Assembly: GCF_009914755.1 (NCBI RefSeq) | Contig: NC_060925.1 | Direction: 5' to 3' (one strand) | DNA length: 64,000 nt | Source of the DNA: the human T2T-CHM13v2.0 reference genome, Homo sapiens | In this document: one piece after another, positions 1 through 15,571 of the stretch | Layout of the letters: the number at the start of each line of letters is the position of its first letter | How positions within the stretch are numbered: position 1 is the first letter of the stretch | Notes under the pieces: model-generated | What the model was told of the DNA's origin: nothing | What the model saw: only the letters and a program-made list of their open reading frames with translations | Databases searched by the model: none | Translations under genes and position numbers: made by a program

Positions 1-195
1 AAATTTTTAAAAAAGTCATATGAAATAGAAGCAAGCCCCAATTTTTTTATTTTATTAAGTTTAACAAACATAAAATTACTCCACAAAGTGCTAAAATTGT
101 CTAAATGCTCACCCTCAGTCTCTACCATAAACTCATTGCAGATAAGGAACCAACAGTTTCCTGACTAGCACTGGTCTTTGGACCATAGTTTAATG
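1..195 (-). mobile_element. hAT-Charlie DNA transposon fragment (Charlie2-like terminus)
   Basis: Degenerate match to a recalled Charlie terminal segment (ataaaattact...aacagttt...gcactggtc..ggacca); subfamily uncertain, edges approximate. Confidence 0.45.
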
Positions 196-211
196 CGTAT
201 ATCCTGGACCC

Positions 212-320
212 CTACTCCTCAGAGTGTGATGCCAGGACTAGCAGTTTTAGCCTCACCTGTGAGCTTGCTATAAATGCAGCATTTTAGGCCTTACCTCAGA
301 TCTACTGAGTAAGAACTTGC
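212..320 (+). mobile_element. MER5-family (hAT) MITE, 5' part
   Basis: agagtgtg..ccaggactagcag..tcacctgtgagcttgctataaatgca...cagatctactgagt matches the MER5A-type consensus; possible 3' remainder at ~474-525. Confidence 0.65.
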
Positions 321-459
321 TCAATGAATTTTAGGCACTATTCTCAATCATTCTGAATCCTGAGTTCAGAGTCTCCTATAAAGCAAGTGCACAACCAAAA
401 TCTATTAAAGCTATTTGAAAGTGGAGATCCCCCAAAAGGAAACAATATGTGACTTTCAG
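316..459 (-). repeat. Inverted copy of 6188-6343
   Basis: Reverse complement aligns to 6188-6343 at roughly 85% by eye, with one ~10 nt indel. Confidence 0.9.
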
Positions 460-620
460 TACATCAGACAAGGATTTTATTGGGATCCTATAAATATACA
501 TTTCTTAATAATTGAAGAGTTTTTACAGATCTACTCCTATTGCCCCAAAATTAATTTTTATATGAAAAGATGATTTTATATTTTCAAAGTATATTATTAA
601 AAGTTATATTCTTAACATGT

Positions 621-2968
621 TGATATGGTTTGGTTCTGTCCCCACTCAAATCTCATCTTGAATTGTAACTCCCACAATTCCCAAATGTCATGGGAAGAAA
701 CTGGTGGAAGGTGATTAAAATATGGGGGCAGGTCTTTCCTGTGCTGTTCTCATGATAGTGAATGAGTCTTACGAGATCTGATAGTTTTAAAAATGGGAGT
801 TTCCCTACAAAAGCTCTCTCTTTGCCTGCTGCCATCCATGTAAGATGTGACTTGCTTCTCCTTGCCTTCCACCATGATTGTGAGATCTCCCCAGCCATGT
901 GGAAGTGTAAGTTCACTAAACCTCTTTCTTTTGTAAATTGCCCAGTCTTGGGTATGTCTTTATCAGCAGCATGAAAACAGACTAATACAGTAAATTGGTA
1001 CCAATAAAGTGGGTGCTGCTGTAGATACCTGAAAATGTGGAAGCGACTTTGGAAGTGGGTAACAGGCAGAGGCTGGAACAGTTTGGAGGGCTCAGAAGAA
1101 GACAGGCAAATGTGAGAAAGTTTGGAACTCCCTAGAGACTTGTTGAATGGCTTTGACCAAAATACTGATAATGATATAGACAATAAGGTCCAGGCTGAGG
1201 TGGTCTCAGATGGAGATGAGGAACTTGTTGGGAACTGGAGCAAAGGTGGCTCTTGTTATGTTGTAGCAAAGAGATTGGTTGCATTTTGCCCCTGCTCTAG
1301 AGATCTGTGGAACTTTGAGCTTGAGAAAGATGATTTAGGGTATCTGTCAGAAGAAATTTCTAAACAGCAAAGCAGTCAAGAGGTGACTTGGGTGCTGTTA
1401 AAAGTATTCAGTTTTAAAAGGGAAACAACATAAAAATTTGGAAAATTTGCAGCCTTACAACACGATAGAAAAGACAATCTCATTTCTGAGGAGAAATTCT
1501 AGCAGGCTGCAGAAATTTGTGTAAGTAATGAGGAGCTGAATATTAATCCCCAAGACAATGGGGAAAATGTCTCCAGGGCATGCCAAAGGTCTTCATGGCA
1601 GCCCTTCCCATCACTGGCCTGGAAAATGTCTCCAGGGCATGCCAAAGGTCTTCATGGCAGCCCTTCCCATCACTGGCTATGAGGAAAAAATGGTTTCATG
1701 GGCCTGGCCCAGGTCCCCTCTGCTGTGTGCAGTCTAGTGATTTGGTGCCCTGCATCCCAGCCACTCCAGCTGTGACTAAAAGGGGCCAAGGTACAACTTG
1801 AGCCATAGCTTCAGAGGGTGCAAGCCCCAAGCCTTGGGAGCTTCTATGTGGTGTTGACCCTGCAGATGCACAAAAGTCAAGAATTGAGATTTGGGAACCT
1901 CTGCCTAGATTTCAGAGGATATATGGAAACACCTAGATGTCCAGGCAGAAGTTTGCTGCAGGGGCAGGGTGCTCATGGAGTACCTCTGCTAAGGCAGTGT
2001 GGAAGGGAAATGTGGGGTTGGAGCCCCCATACAGAGTCCCTACTGGGGCACTGCCTAGTGGAGCTGTGAGAAGAAGGCCACCTTCCTCCAGACCCCAGAA
2101 TGGCAGATCCACTGACAGCTTGCACCATATGCCTGGAAAAGCTGCAGACACTCAATGCCAGCCCATGAAGGCAGCCAGGAGGGAGGCTGTACCCTGCAAA
2201 GCCACAGGGGCCAAGCTACCCAAGACCATGGGAACCTACTTCCATAAATGTGACCTGGATCCAGGACATGGAGTCAAAGGAGATAATTTTGGAGCTTTAA
2301 AATTTGACTGCCCTGCTGGATTTCAGACTTGCTTGGGGCCTGTAGCCCCTTTGTTTTGGCCAATTTCTCACATTTGGAACTGCTGTTATTTACCCAATGT
2401 CTATACCCCCATTGTGTCTAGAAAGTAACTAACTTGCTTTTGATTTTACAGGCTCATAGGTGCAAGGGACATGCCTTGTCTCAGATGAGACTTTGGACTA
2501 TGGACTTTTGAAATGAGTTAAGACTTTTGGGGACTGTTGGGAAGGCATGATTGGTTTTGAAATGTGAGAACATGAAATTTGGGAGGGGCCAGGGTAGAAT
2601 GATATGGTTTGGCTGTGTCTCCACCCAAATCTCATTTTGAATTGTAACTCCCACAATTCCTACATGTTGTGGAAGGAAGCCAGTGGGAGGTGATTGAATT
2701 ATGGGGGTGGGTCTTTCTGGTGCTGTTCTTGTGATAGTGAATGGGTCTCATGACATCTGATGGTTTTAAAAATGGAAGTTTCCCTGAACAAGCTCTCTCT
2801 TTGCTTGCTGCCATCCATATAAAATGTGACTTGCTCCTCTTTGCCTTCCACCAGGATTGTGAAGCCTCTCCAGCCATGTGGAACTCTAAGTCCATTAAAC
2901 CTCTTTCTTTTGTAAATTGCCCAGTCTCAGGTATGTCTTTATTAGCAGCATAAAAAGGCACTAATACA
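621..2968 (+). mobile_element. Full-length THE1C-like MaLR provirus (LTR 621-989, internal 990-2599, LTR 2600-2968)
   Basis: Both LTRs run TGATATGGTTTGG...CTAATACA and are 369 bp; THE1-int starts gtaaattggtacc; purine tract before the 3' LTR; 5 bp TSD CATGT/CATAT. Confidence 0.95.
1562..1677 (+). repeat. Perfect 57 bp tandem duplication (period 59) within THE1-int
   Basis: ggaaaatgtctccagggcatgccaaaggtcttcatggcagcccttcccatcactggc at 1562-1618 and 1621-1677. Confidence 0.95.
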
Positions 2969-3114
2969 CATATGTATAGGTATATGTATGTGATTATCAA
3001 TCTGTCAGTCTGTGAAGTAAATAGAGGAAGAACATTAGTCTAACAGTGGATAATTTTCTATATTTGTTTTATTAACTCAATACAAAGATTAATGGAGATA
3101 GATTCCAAAACTGA

Positions 3115-3270
3115 AATATATGGCAGTGAAAAGGGATTGGCTTTTAAGTCAGGAATGCCTCCATTTTAATGCTGGGTTATTGTCTATTATTTACTTTTTT
3201 TCTTTGGCCAAAATGTTCTCATCTGTAAAATTGGGCGATTATTCCAGTTTTGTGGGGTTGATGTAAGTTT
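3115..3270 (+). mobile_element. MIR SINE fragment
   Basis: Core motif ttctcatctgtaaaattggg..att and a tggctttta.gtcag 5' motif. Confidence 0.55.
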
Positions 3271-3663
3271 AAAATAGTTTATATAAAGCACAAGTGGAAT
3301 ACCCCTTATATTATTAGTACCCAATAAACTGTTTTCCTGGAAAGAGAGAAATAAATTTAGATTAAAGTGTTTATATATTATTTGATGAGGCAATTGGAAG
3401 AAGTAAAATGCATACCATGAAATTAATGGCTGTAAAGTATATAAAAATTGAGTGTGGAAAAGAAATTTAATTTGGCAGAGAAATATATAGTAGTCATTTC
3501 TTGAATACTTGTAAGCTCTGAGAAATTTAAAATGTCTGTCACTATGTGTCACAAGTTGTAGGTCAATGTTTTCCTTCTCCAAGGTAAAACTGAAAATTCT
3601 GTTTAATACAAATCTGCCTTATGTCCATAGTATCTATTACAGTGCCTTCCTCATACAAAATGC

Positions 3664-5630
3664 AGTCACAGGGTCCTTTGGGTGTCACTTCTCCAGCTGG
3701 AAACCTCTGTGGCCAGCAGCAACTCTGCTTGAGATTTGCTTGTGCCCGCTGGGCTTGTTCCACATGCTTGACCTGGGAGTCTGTGCTTGGCTCACACCAC
3801 AGGCAGCAACCTGAGATGCTGCATTTCTACACCTCTCAAGGGCAAGCCAGGTATGGTGCAGCAAAGTGTGTGTGAGTGCGGGGTCTGGCCACTGTGGACA
3901 GCCAGGCATGCTGGCTGCTGCAGCAGGGCAGGCAGCTCCAGGCGCTGGCACAGGCACCAGCTTTGTATGAGGTTACAGCTGGGCCAGACGTATTGTAAGT
4001 GGTTTCCACTGAGGGTACCACTGACTGGTGAGGGGAACATGGTAGCGATCAAAAGCTTGGAGACACGAGGAACCGCAGAGCCCTCAAAAGGGTGTTACAG
4101 CATGTCACAGCCCTGGCTCAGGGAGCCTGAAGTCTGGACTCCCAGAAGGGCCACAGCTCTTCTCTCCTTCTCGTCACCCTCAGCGCGGCAAATGGAAGGG
4201 GGGGTATGTTTCAGCCTGTTTGTGTTACCACTCTTTCAGTCCCACTGCCCCTCTCCAGCCCATGGCTCCTAGCCCTGCTGCTGCTTCCCGTTGCATGGGA
4301 TGGCTGCCTGGCTCTGGTGGAGGGCAGGATGACTATAGTGTTACAGCAGCTCTGGCTGGGGAAATCCTGAGGTCTGAGCCCCCAGAAGGGTCACCCCTCT
4401 TCACTACCACAGTCCGAGAGCATGTTATCCCTGCAGCTCAGCAAGCCAGCCAGGAATGTGTTACAGCTCCTTTAACTCCCTCTGTTCAGCAGGTCTTGAG
4501 TTCTTGTCCAGCATCCAGGAAGAATGAAATTACATGGACAACTGGAGGGTCAGCAAGTTGAAGAGCAGCTTTATTGAGTGACAGAACAGCTCTCAGCGGA
4601 GAGGAGACCTAAAGTGGTTAGCTCCTATCCACAGGCACATAGTCCCAACGAGTGTAGAGGAAACCTGAAGTGGTTACTCCTATCCACAGGCACGTAGTCC
4701 CAACGAGTGCAGAGGAGACCTAAAGTGGGAAGCTCCTATCCACAGGCAGGTAGTCCCAATAAGTGTGTGAGTCTGGCTGTGTGTGGGGTTTTTATGGGCT
4801 CAGAATGAAGGATGTGCATGCTGACTAGTTCTTTGGTGGAAGCGCATGCTGATTGATCCATGAGCGGCCATGGGCAGGCCTGGAAAAAGCACCATCTGAT
4901 TGGCCGAAAGGCATCAAGGAAGTTCTCACTCAGGGTCTCGTACTTTACCTGGAACTGGAAGCCCAGCCCCCAGACTTTAGGCCATCCCTGGCTTGAAGGT
5001 GGGGTTTCAGTGGGGACCCACCCCTTGCTGCCTAGGAACCTTTCTGCCTTTTGCCACCATCAACATGCCATCCATGGTGCCCAGGCTGTCTGCATCAAGG
5101 GGCAACTGCAGGCCTGCCTTGAGCCACCCTCAGTCCCCCAACCTCCCTCCTGTGCTCATTGGCACCCAAAGTTTCAGCCTTAGAGGTTATTTTTTGGGGG
5201 GGTCGAGGAAGCAGGGGGCTGGCATGTCAGCACCATCCTGAGTGTGCACACACCCAGCCGGGTCACAACAGTGCCTGGGCTTGGCTGTTGAGACACATCC
5301 ATAGTGGGTGCTGGCAGCAGGGAGAGGCCAGGGAGTGGGAGAAGCACTTCTGAGCCTGCAGGGGCAGGGAGCTTCCTGGGTCCCTGGGAGCTTCCTGGGT
5401 TCCCTGAGAGCACAGGGATGCCCAGGTCCAGAGCCACAGCTGAGTGACTGCAGCTGCACCCAGGAGTGTGGGCTTCCACTCTGCCAACTCTGTAGGGTGT
5501 GGGACTCCCACTGGGATCACCTGTGCCCTGCCCCTGCCAGCTCCATGGAGCATGCAGCCCTGGCTATGACTCCCCTGCTACAGCCGGTGTCCTCACAGTG
5601 GCTGCTCCAGACAGGCCACTGCCACTATCA
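3664..5630 (-). mobile_element. MER52-family (ERV1) solo LTR, ~1.97 kb
   Basis: Minus strand starts TGATAGTGGCAGTGGCCTGTCTGGAGCAGCC and ends AAGTGACACCCAAAGGACCCTGTGAC; GC-rich; perfect 4 bp TSD ATGC (3660-3663 / 5631-5634). Confidence 0.85.
4600..4766. repeat. Three ~55 bp tandem units inside the MER52 LTR
   Basis: agaggagacctaaagtgg..gctcctatccacaggca..tagtcccaa repeated three times. Confidence 0.85.
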
Positions 5631-5732
5631 ATGCTTTATACATTTTTTTCTGGAAGAAAGAATTAATTCTTTGTTGTCAGGGGCTATGTTTTTTTCTTCT
5701 TATTCCATGGTCCTCTCAGCAGTTTCCTACAG

Positions 5733-5845
5733 CAGAGCTTCCCACCAATGTGGTGCTGTAGCCTAGTGAGCTACAAGTGATCTGCAAGTTTCCAGAGATA
5801 TTGATCCCCAGACTCTGGCAGCCACTCAGGAACTCTTAGCCTCTA
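5733..5845 (+). mobile_element. Possible MER112-like hAT fragment
   Basis: cagagcttcccacca...gagatattgatcccccagactctggcagcc resembles the recalled consensus. Confidence 0.35.
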
Positions 5846-6187
5846 AGGAAGTTCTTACAGCTACCGCAGCCTCTTTATGTTTATTCCAGTATTACAGTGT
5901 TCTCTCACAGAAGAGATTGGGAAACATGGGCTCATCCTATCTTTGTTCCTAACTGGAATCCTAACTTGATATACATGTTTCTCTCCTATAAAGAAGCTCT
6001 TTGAAATGAGACCTGAATCAGCTATATGTTGTCTCCACTTCCTTCCTCCTAGACAATTGCAGTGAATTTTTGGGTGAGTTTGGGTGACATTCTCAACAAT
6101 CACTTCTATGATAAACTTGATGCTCTTCGCTAACTAAATGTGTTTTACTTCCGTTACTTTTTCAAATATGCCATGCCACAATTTATG

Positions 6188-6343
6188 CTGAAAGTCACAT
6201 ATTGATTTCCTTTTGGGGGGGTCTCCACTTTCAAACAGTTTTAAAAGATTTTGGTTGATCACCTGCTTTATGGGAGACTTGGAACTCATTGAGGCAAGGG
6301 ATCCAGAATGATTGAAGACAGTGCTCAAAATTCAATGAGCAAG
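6188..6343 (+). repeat. Partner (probable source) of the inverted repeat at 316-459
   Basis: ctgaaagtcacatattg...tctccactttcaaa...aaaattcaatgagcaag. Confidence 0.9.
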
Positions 6344-6649
6344 CATGGGTAGATATTAAAAGGATTATACGTAGTGTATTGTTAAAGTTATTCCTTATTC
6401 AATTTCCTTTCAGTTCTTAAAGAGGAAGCCACAGTTTGGTATTGGTATGACTTTAACAACTTCTCAACCTCATGCTATTTTCCCCCTAAGTTTTTGTTTT
6501 TGTTTTTTTAGTAGGCAACAGTTTCCAACTAGAATTAAATAGCTTTATTTGATACAGCAAATTCGAGTACATGGATATGGCAAATAATATGGAAATACCT
6601 TAAATACACAAAACACCAGTATAACAGAAAGGGGCTAAGTTGTTAATCT

Positions 6650-6830
6650 GAAGACCCATAATTGGAAAACAGCCTGTTGATTACTCAAACAAGTTAATTA
6701 ACCTCCCATTGCCTCATTTCTTTTTCTCATTTGTAAAATAGGCATAAGAGGTAACTATCTGAAAGAGCATTTGTTGGGGATTAAATGAAATAATGTCTAT
6801 GAAAGGACTTTTTAAACTGAAAATAGTTAC
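6650..6830 (+). mobile_element. MIR SINE fragment
   Basis: caagttaattaacctc...ctcatttgtaaaatagg..gttggggattaaatgaaataatg. Confidence 0.6.
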
Positions 6831-7886
6831 AAATATGTTAGCTTATCACTTATTGATACATCATAACTGATATTTTATGTTATGATTTATATCACAGTAG
6901 TTCTAAGAAAGTCCTACAAATTGCAAGATGCATGATATGAATATGTTAAATTTTAAGAACTTGTGCATAGCAGCAATAATGATGATTTTATAAGATTTAA
7001 GAAAATTTATAAATATTGATAACATTGGTATCAGACTTATTTTCAAGGTTTATTATATGCCTAACTAACTGCAGAGTTAGCTGAATATTACTAATGGAGA
7101 CTATTTAGAATGAGCTTCACAAATTAACAAGGTCACTAGGAACTGCAGGCTGTTAAAGATCTCCTTGGGCCAAGGATGAAAGAAAATCAAATGGGACGGA
7201 AGAAAGCAGGTGGGTACTCTGAGGAGAGGTAATCAAAGAACTGTGTTCTGCAGCCATCTGGACTACTTGGAGCTTCACCAATGTAACCATGGAAACTATA
7301 AGGAATATGCTCAGAAGCAGGAAAGCATAAGTGCCCAGAGATTCTGTGGGCCTGTTACAATGCAAGAGAACCAGGCTATGTGTGCTGAAGTGGTCCGCTA
7401 AAGGACACAGTGGAAAAAAGGGGGAGATGTGGACTCCCTCAGAACCTGTGGAAAAGAAAGCCAACTGGGCCACCACAGACTTGTTTACACACCAGATGCC
7501 TGCTGGATCCTTTGAAGATGGGTACCTCACTGTCCAGTAAATACTCTTGGAAGGAATATATATTTGAATCTCACAACCAGTCTTTTAAGTGACTTTTGAC
7601 ACCAGTCAGATCACACTCTAAGTGAACAAAGATCATAGGAAAGAAATACTATTATTTCTGACATCTGCAAAAGCTATAATGACAAAGGTCCCAGACCTTC
7701 CCACTACTTGTGTAAAAGTTTTGGAACTCACAAATTCAAACCTTGTGTTACTAAATAGTCTACTTTTTAAAGCTTGAATGATTTTAGTCATGAATATTAT
7801 TGAACTATCAATCAAACCAACTGCATCAGTAGGACATTCCTTATGGCATCAAGTTTATTTCTAGCTATATCAAGTATACTTCTAGC

Positions 7887-8388
7887 TAGTGGTTCTCAAA
7901 ATGTCGGGTAGAGACTCTTGTATGTCCCCAAGATCTTTCCAGGGATTCTGTAAGTTCAAAACTATCTTAATCATCATTCTAAAATGTTATATTTTCTTTC
8001 CTTCTTATTCCCTCATGAGTGAAGAATGACATTTTCCAGAATCTACAGGAAGTGTAATACTGTGACAGATTGAATGCAGAAGCAGATGTAAAAATCCAGT
8101 TATCTTTTATTAAGCCATAAAGGAGATTTGCAAAAATGTTTAACAACGCCATACTCCTCACTAATTTTTTTTGTTTTGAAAAATATATTTTTTATTTAAA
8201 GGTGTTTATGTTAACATTAATTTATACTAACATGTAATGGGTTTATTATTGTTATTTCAAATAAAAGTATCAGTTTTAATTTTTAATATGGAGCCCAGTA
8301 ATACATAATTAACACACATAACTACTTTTGGATCTTCAATGCTTTTTACAAGCACTTTTTCTGAGACCACAAAGATTGAGATCCTCAG
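7887..8388 (+). mobile_element. Charlie1b-like hAT DNA transposon (~500 bp)
   Basis: tagtggttctcaaa terminus; diagnostic acagattgaatgcagaagcagatgt...ttaagcc..aggagatttgcaaaaatgt; ctgagacca.aaag.ttgaga end. Confidence 0.8.
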
Positions 8389-8770
8389 GGATAAGCTATT
8401 ATTAAGCTGCCAGTACCTGCAGGACTAATTTTGTCTCTGGTTTGAATTTTCTGGTATTGGCTTGAAGAAAGGTAATCTGTTATAACTCTATTAGCAATTT
8501 CAAACAGGTAGCAGCTGGATTAACATTTGTGAATATAAGTGTAACCTGCAGGACACCTGGAGAAGAGCCCATTTTATACCAGCTGCTGAGTTGCTCTGCC
8601 TACCCTGAGCCCCAGAACCTTCACTGCAGCTAGCCTTTGGGAATTACCTGTTAGATATCAAATTAGAGCAATGCTTGAGGAGATTTTTAGATGTGTGATT
8701 TTAAAACAATAACCCACGATTGGATGTGAAATGGCTGTATCTGTAGTATGGTATGAAAACTGGAGACAGG

Positions 8771-9128
8771 TGATATGGTTTGGCTGTGCCCCACCCAAAA
8801 TCTCATCTTGAATTATAATCCTTAAAAACCCCACAGGTCAAGGGCAGAAACAGGTGGAGGCAATTGGATCCTGGGGGTGGTTCCCCCCATGCTGTTTTCG
8901 TGATAGTGAGTCTCATGAGATCTGATGATTTTATAAGCACCTGACATTTTCCCTACTTGCTCTCATTCTCTCTTCTGCAGCCCTGTGAAGAGGTGCCTTC
9001 TGCTATGATTGTAAGTTTCCTGAGGCCTCCCCAGCCATAAGGAACTGTGAGTCAATTAGACCACTTTTCTTTATAAATTACCCAGTCTTGGGTACTTCTT
9101 CATAGCAGTGTGGGAATGGACTAATACA
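8771..9128 (+). mobile_element. MSTA-type MaLR solo LTR
   Basis: TGATATGGTTTGG...CTAATACA, 358 bp, perfect TSD ACAGG. Confidence 0.9.
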
Positions 9129-9264
9129 ACAGGTTTCTATACAATAAGGCTAGACCAAATTACAAATATCACAAATACAAGAATTGATTATATAGCAGAG
9201 CTCTGACGGTGACTTAAATCCTTCCTTGTTAGAAACTAGTGAAGTACCTAGGGAGGAGTCTCAT

Positions 9265-9585
9265 GAGTGATAAGGAGTTCAGGCCCTAGAGTCAGGCAGA
9301 GCTGGGTTTGAATACCATGTCCACTACTAGTTAACAGAGTGACCTTGGGAAATTTAATGAACAAATCTGTTGAATGAGAAATAATAATAGTTTCACTTCA
9401 TGGAGTGGTTTGAGAATTAAAGAGGCAATGTACAATGTGCTTCATGTACATTATTTCATGTACAGAAACTTTGAGACCTCAATGCTATTATGTTTCCATG
9501 TTACAGAGAGGGAACTGGCATTTAGAACAGTCAAATAATTTTCCAAAGGTCCTGCTGTTATGTGGCGAAGCACAGATTTGCTTTT
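9265..9585. mobile_element. Two adjacent MIR fragments in opposite orientation
   Basis: Plus copy (gagtcaggcagagctgggtttgaat..gtgaccttggg) followed by minus copy (ccatgttacagagagggaactg..ccaaaggtc). Confidence 0.6.
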
Positions 9586-10480
9586 GACAACCCTAACTAT
9601 AAAATACCATATTATTGTGTCTTCTCAACAACAAAAATTAGAAAGTAGCAAGTTTCTTCTTCTGTTTTCCACAAACACCTAGCAGTGTTTTAAATACACA
9701 AAAGGTAGAGTTTCCTATAAAGAAGGCAAGAAAATGGCAGTAAATTCAGCATAGGGGAGAAGAGAAAAGTGCTTCTACTATTCCCCCAAGGTATGGGAAA
9801 TGGCAACTTGTCTTTTATAGAGGTTTTGTAGACAACCTCTTTTTGTATACACATAACACATAAATATTCCACAAGTTTCCCTTAATATGCTCTGGGATAG
9901 GGTTGAGCATTTGTGACAGATGTAAATATCAGTTTATACAACTAAATGATAAATGATCTTAAGAAAGAGGGGGAAATGATTTCCCCATAAAAACTCACTG
10001 AAGCATTCTAGATGAAAGGACTTGAAGCAGTGAAGGCTCATCCTTGATTTACTGCCAGGCATCATGCTGGGGACTAGACACCCTTTAGCTGACATGTTCT
10101 GCACCCTTACTATTGTAACAGAGATGCAGAGTAGTTATGAACGTTTCCCGGATCTTACTTTTAAAGAAACAATTCTACTTAGAGCAATGTTGTTCCATTT
10201 ATATACCAGACACATCTAAACAACAGCAAAAATATAACTTGATGCTTTTGGAAAAAAATGTTTATTGTAAATTATTGTAGTTTATTGCAGTGAACTAGGT
10301 ACTATGCAGTTAATAATCTATGCAGTAAATTACATTATGTGGATGTATGCAGCCAGGAATTGTCTCCATTTCTGGATTGACCTACAATTACAAATAACAA
10401 ATAGCAATTACAAATTGTAACCTATAATTACAAATATGTGTCTTACATTTAATCTCTTTGGTTACCTATCACTTTTCTAT

Positions 10481-10603
10481 TAACTAGATAACAGATAATC
10501 ATCTGATAACTAGATAAGTAGATAATCATCTGATATTTCCTAGAGCTACTTCCCCCTCACCTCCCCTCCCCTCCACCTTCACCCCACCTTGAACTCCCAC
10601 CCT
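10481..10603. promoter_or_regulatory. Candidate GATA + CACC/GC-box cluster
   Basis: 26/27 bp tandem duplication giving five WGATAA sites (10486, 10493, 10504, 10512, 10520), next to a C-rich CCCTCCC/CCACCC tract; motif evidence only. Confidence 0.3.
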
Positions 10604-10613
10604 TGCATTTCAG

Positions 10614-10716
10614 TTGTAAATGTGGCTGCTACATGAATTAGTAGTGAACCTGACTGGGTCATGCTTCAGCTTTGAAGGAAGAGCAATGGCTTAGGAATGA
10701 ATCACAGCGATTAACC
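10614..10716 (+). other. Candidate non-coding exon
   Basis: Long pyrimidine-rich tract + ttgcatttcag acceptor; ACC|GTGAGT donor; stops in all three frames. Confidence 0.3.
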
Positions 10717-11842
10717 GTGAGTCGGTGTCTTCTTAAGCACGGTAAAGTATAAATTTGATTTTATTTTTCCACTAGGATGGAGATAACAAATCACATCTGT
10801 CCATGTAAAAGTTGGTAGTTTTATGTTCACCTGCATGGATTGATAGGTGGAGCTATCATGTGCCTCTTTCTTATTGAGGGTTATTTCTGCTATTTGAGTT
10901 GAATGGAAATTATTCATGAATCAGAGGAAGTCAGTTGCAATAGCCTCCAACTGCAATTTTCTGTTTTGTATTCTGAGGACAGCACAGTTCAAGGCTGTGT
11001 AAATGATAGGCCGATACTCTGCATTTCTATAATACCTTTTGCCAAAGAATAGAAAATGATCCTGCATCTCTCTTTGACTTCAATTTTAGAAGTCAGAGAA
11101 ATGACACATCATGGTATTCCTAAGATTAGGTCCAAAATTATGACTTCACTCTTGCTAGTTCCTACACATATACTCCCTCTAGGGGGAAAATAACTGTCAA
11201 TATATTTTCTTTATGAGTAGGTCAAATATTTTTCAAAGTCAAAACAACAACAAAGAAAGGCTCAATATGTTATAAGTAGAATTCATCCATAAGAAGCTTT
11301 TTGATGCACAAGATATTTGACACAATACAAAATAAATACCCAGTCCTATAAAATTTCTTTGCATAATCACCTACACTGCATACCAAATGCCACATAAAAA
11401 TTAGAGCATCAGCACTCTCTTCTTTCCAGAACTTTAGCTTGTCCTGACTTATTCCTGTAACATTCATTGTCTTACTCTTGATATTCCCAGAGCTTTTCAT
11501 CCTCCTATTTTCATCCTCACCTCACTTTTCAGAATTGACCATCCACATCAACTTCCCAGGTTCATGGGAATGTGCCCTCTTAAACACTGCTTTGATTTTG
11601 ATTCTACCTTTAGCAATGCTTTCCTTGTCATCTTGGTTAAAAAAGTCTTCCACTTCAACAGAGTCCCAGCAGTCTCTCTTTTAAGACTGGCTTCATGAAG
11701 GGTAGTCTTTTTCTATTTGATTCTGCCTCTGAAACTGGCAAAACTTACAGGAAGGAAGAGAGGAAAGAAAGAACAGAAGGGAAGTAAAGATCACATACAA
11801 ATGTATCAAATAAGTGTTTTCTGAGCTAAAATTTCTTAGGAG

Positions 11843-15275
<3,433 letters not shown>

Positions 15276-15571
15276 AGGAGGAGGAAGGGAGGGAGGGAAG
15301 GAAGGAAGGGACTGAGGGAGGGAGGGAGGGAAATGGGTGGGTGGGAGGGACAGGGAGAGAGGGACGGAAAGAAAAAAATAATCAAGGACTTAATTTCAAA
15401 AATTCAGAGGTGTGAGGGTAACCTCCATCTGGTTTTGTTAATGAAATTCCAACTCCACCATCATCGCTAGTATTTAATTCTAACCCACATTCTGTCAGGT
15501 ACTGTTTCCTGATATGTGTGGAAATGTGGGGTCAGCTGGGAATGTTTCTCAAGTCCTCTCACTTCCCACAG

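Noticed and set aside
653-1243. 196 aa minus-strand ORF and similar ORFs at 2632-3000 and 43714-44217
   Set aside because: Antisense frames through THE1 LTRs; a common artefact
4600-4766. CRISPR-like repeat array
   Set aside because: Head-to-tail units without unique spacers, inside a mammalian LTR
3566-5766. Many overlapping 60-160 aa ORFs
   Set aside because: Stop-poor frames in the GC-rich MER52 LTR; no recognisable domain
7150-7592. Coding-looking purine-rich stretch with four short ORFs
   Set aside because: No recognisable protein, splice-site pair, poly(A) or TSD; left unassigned pending BLAST
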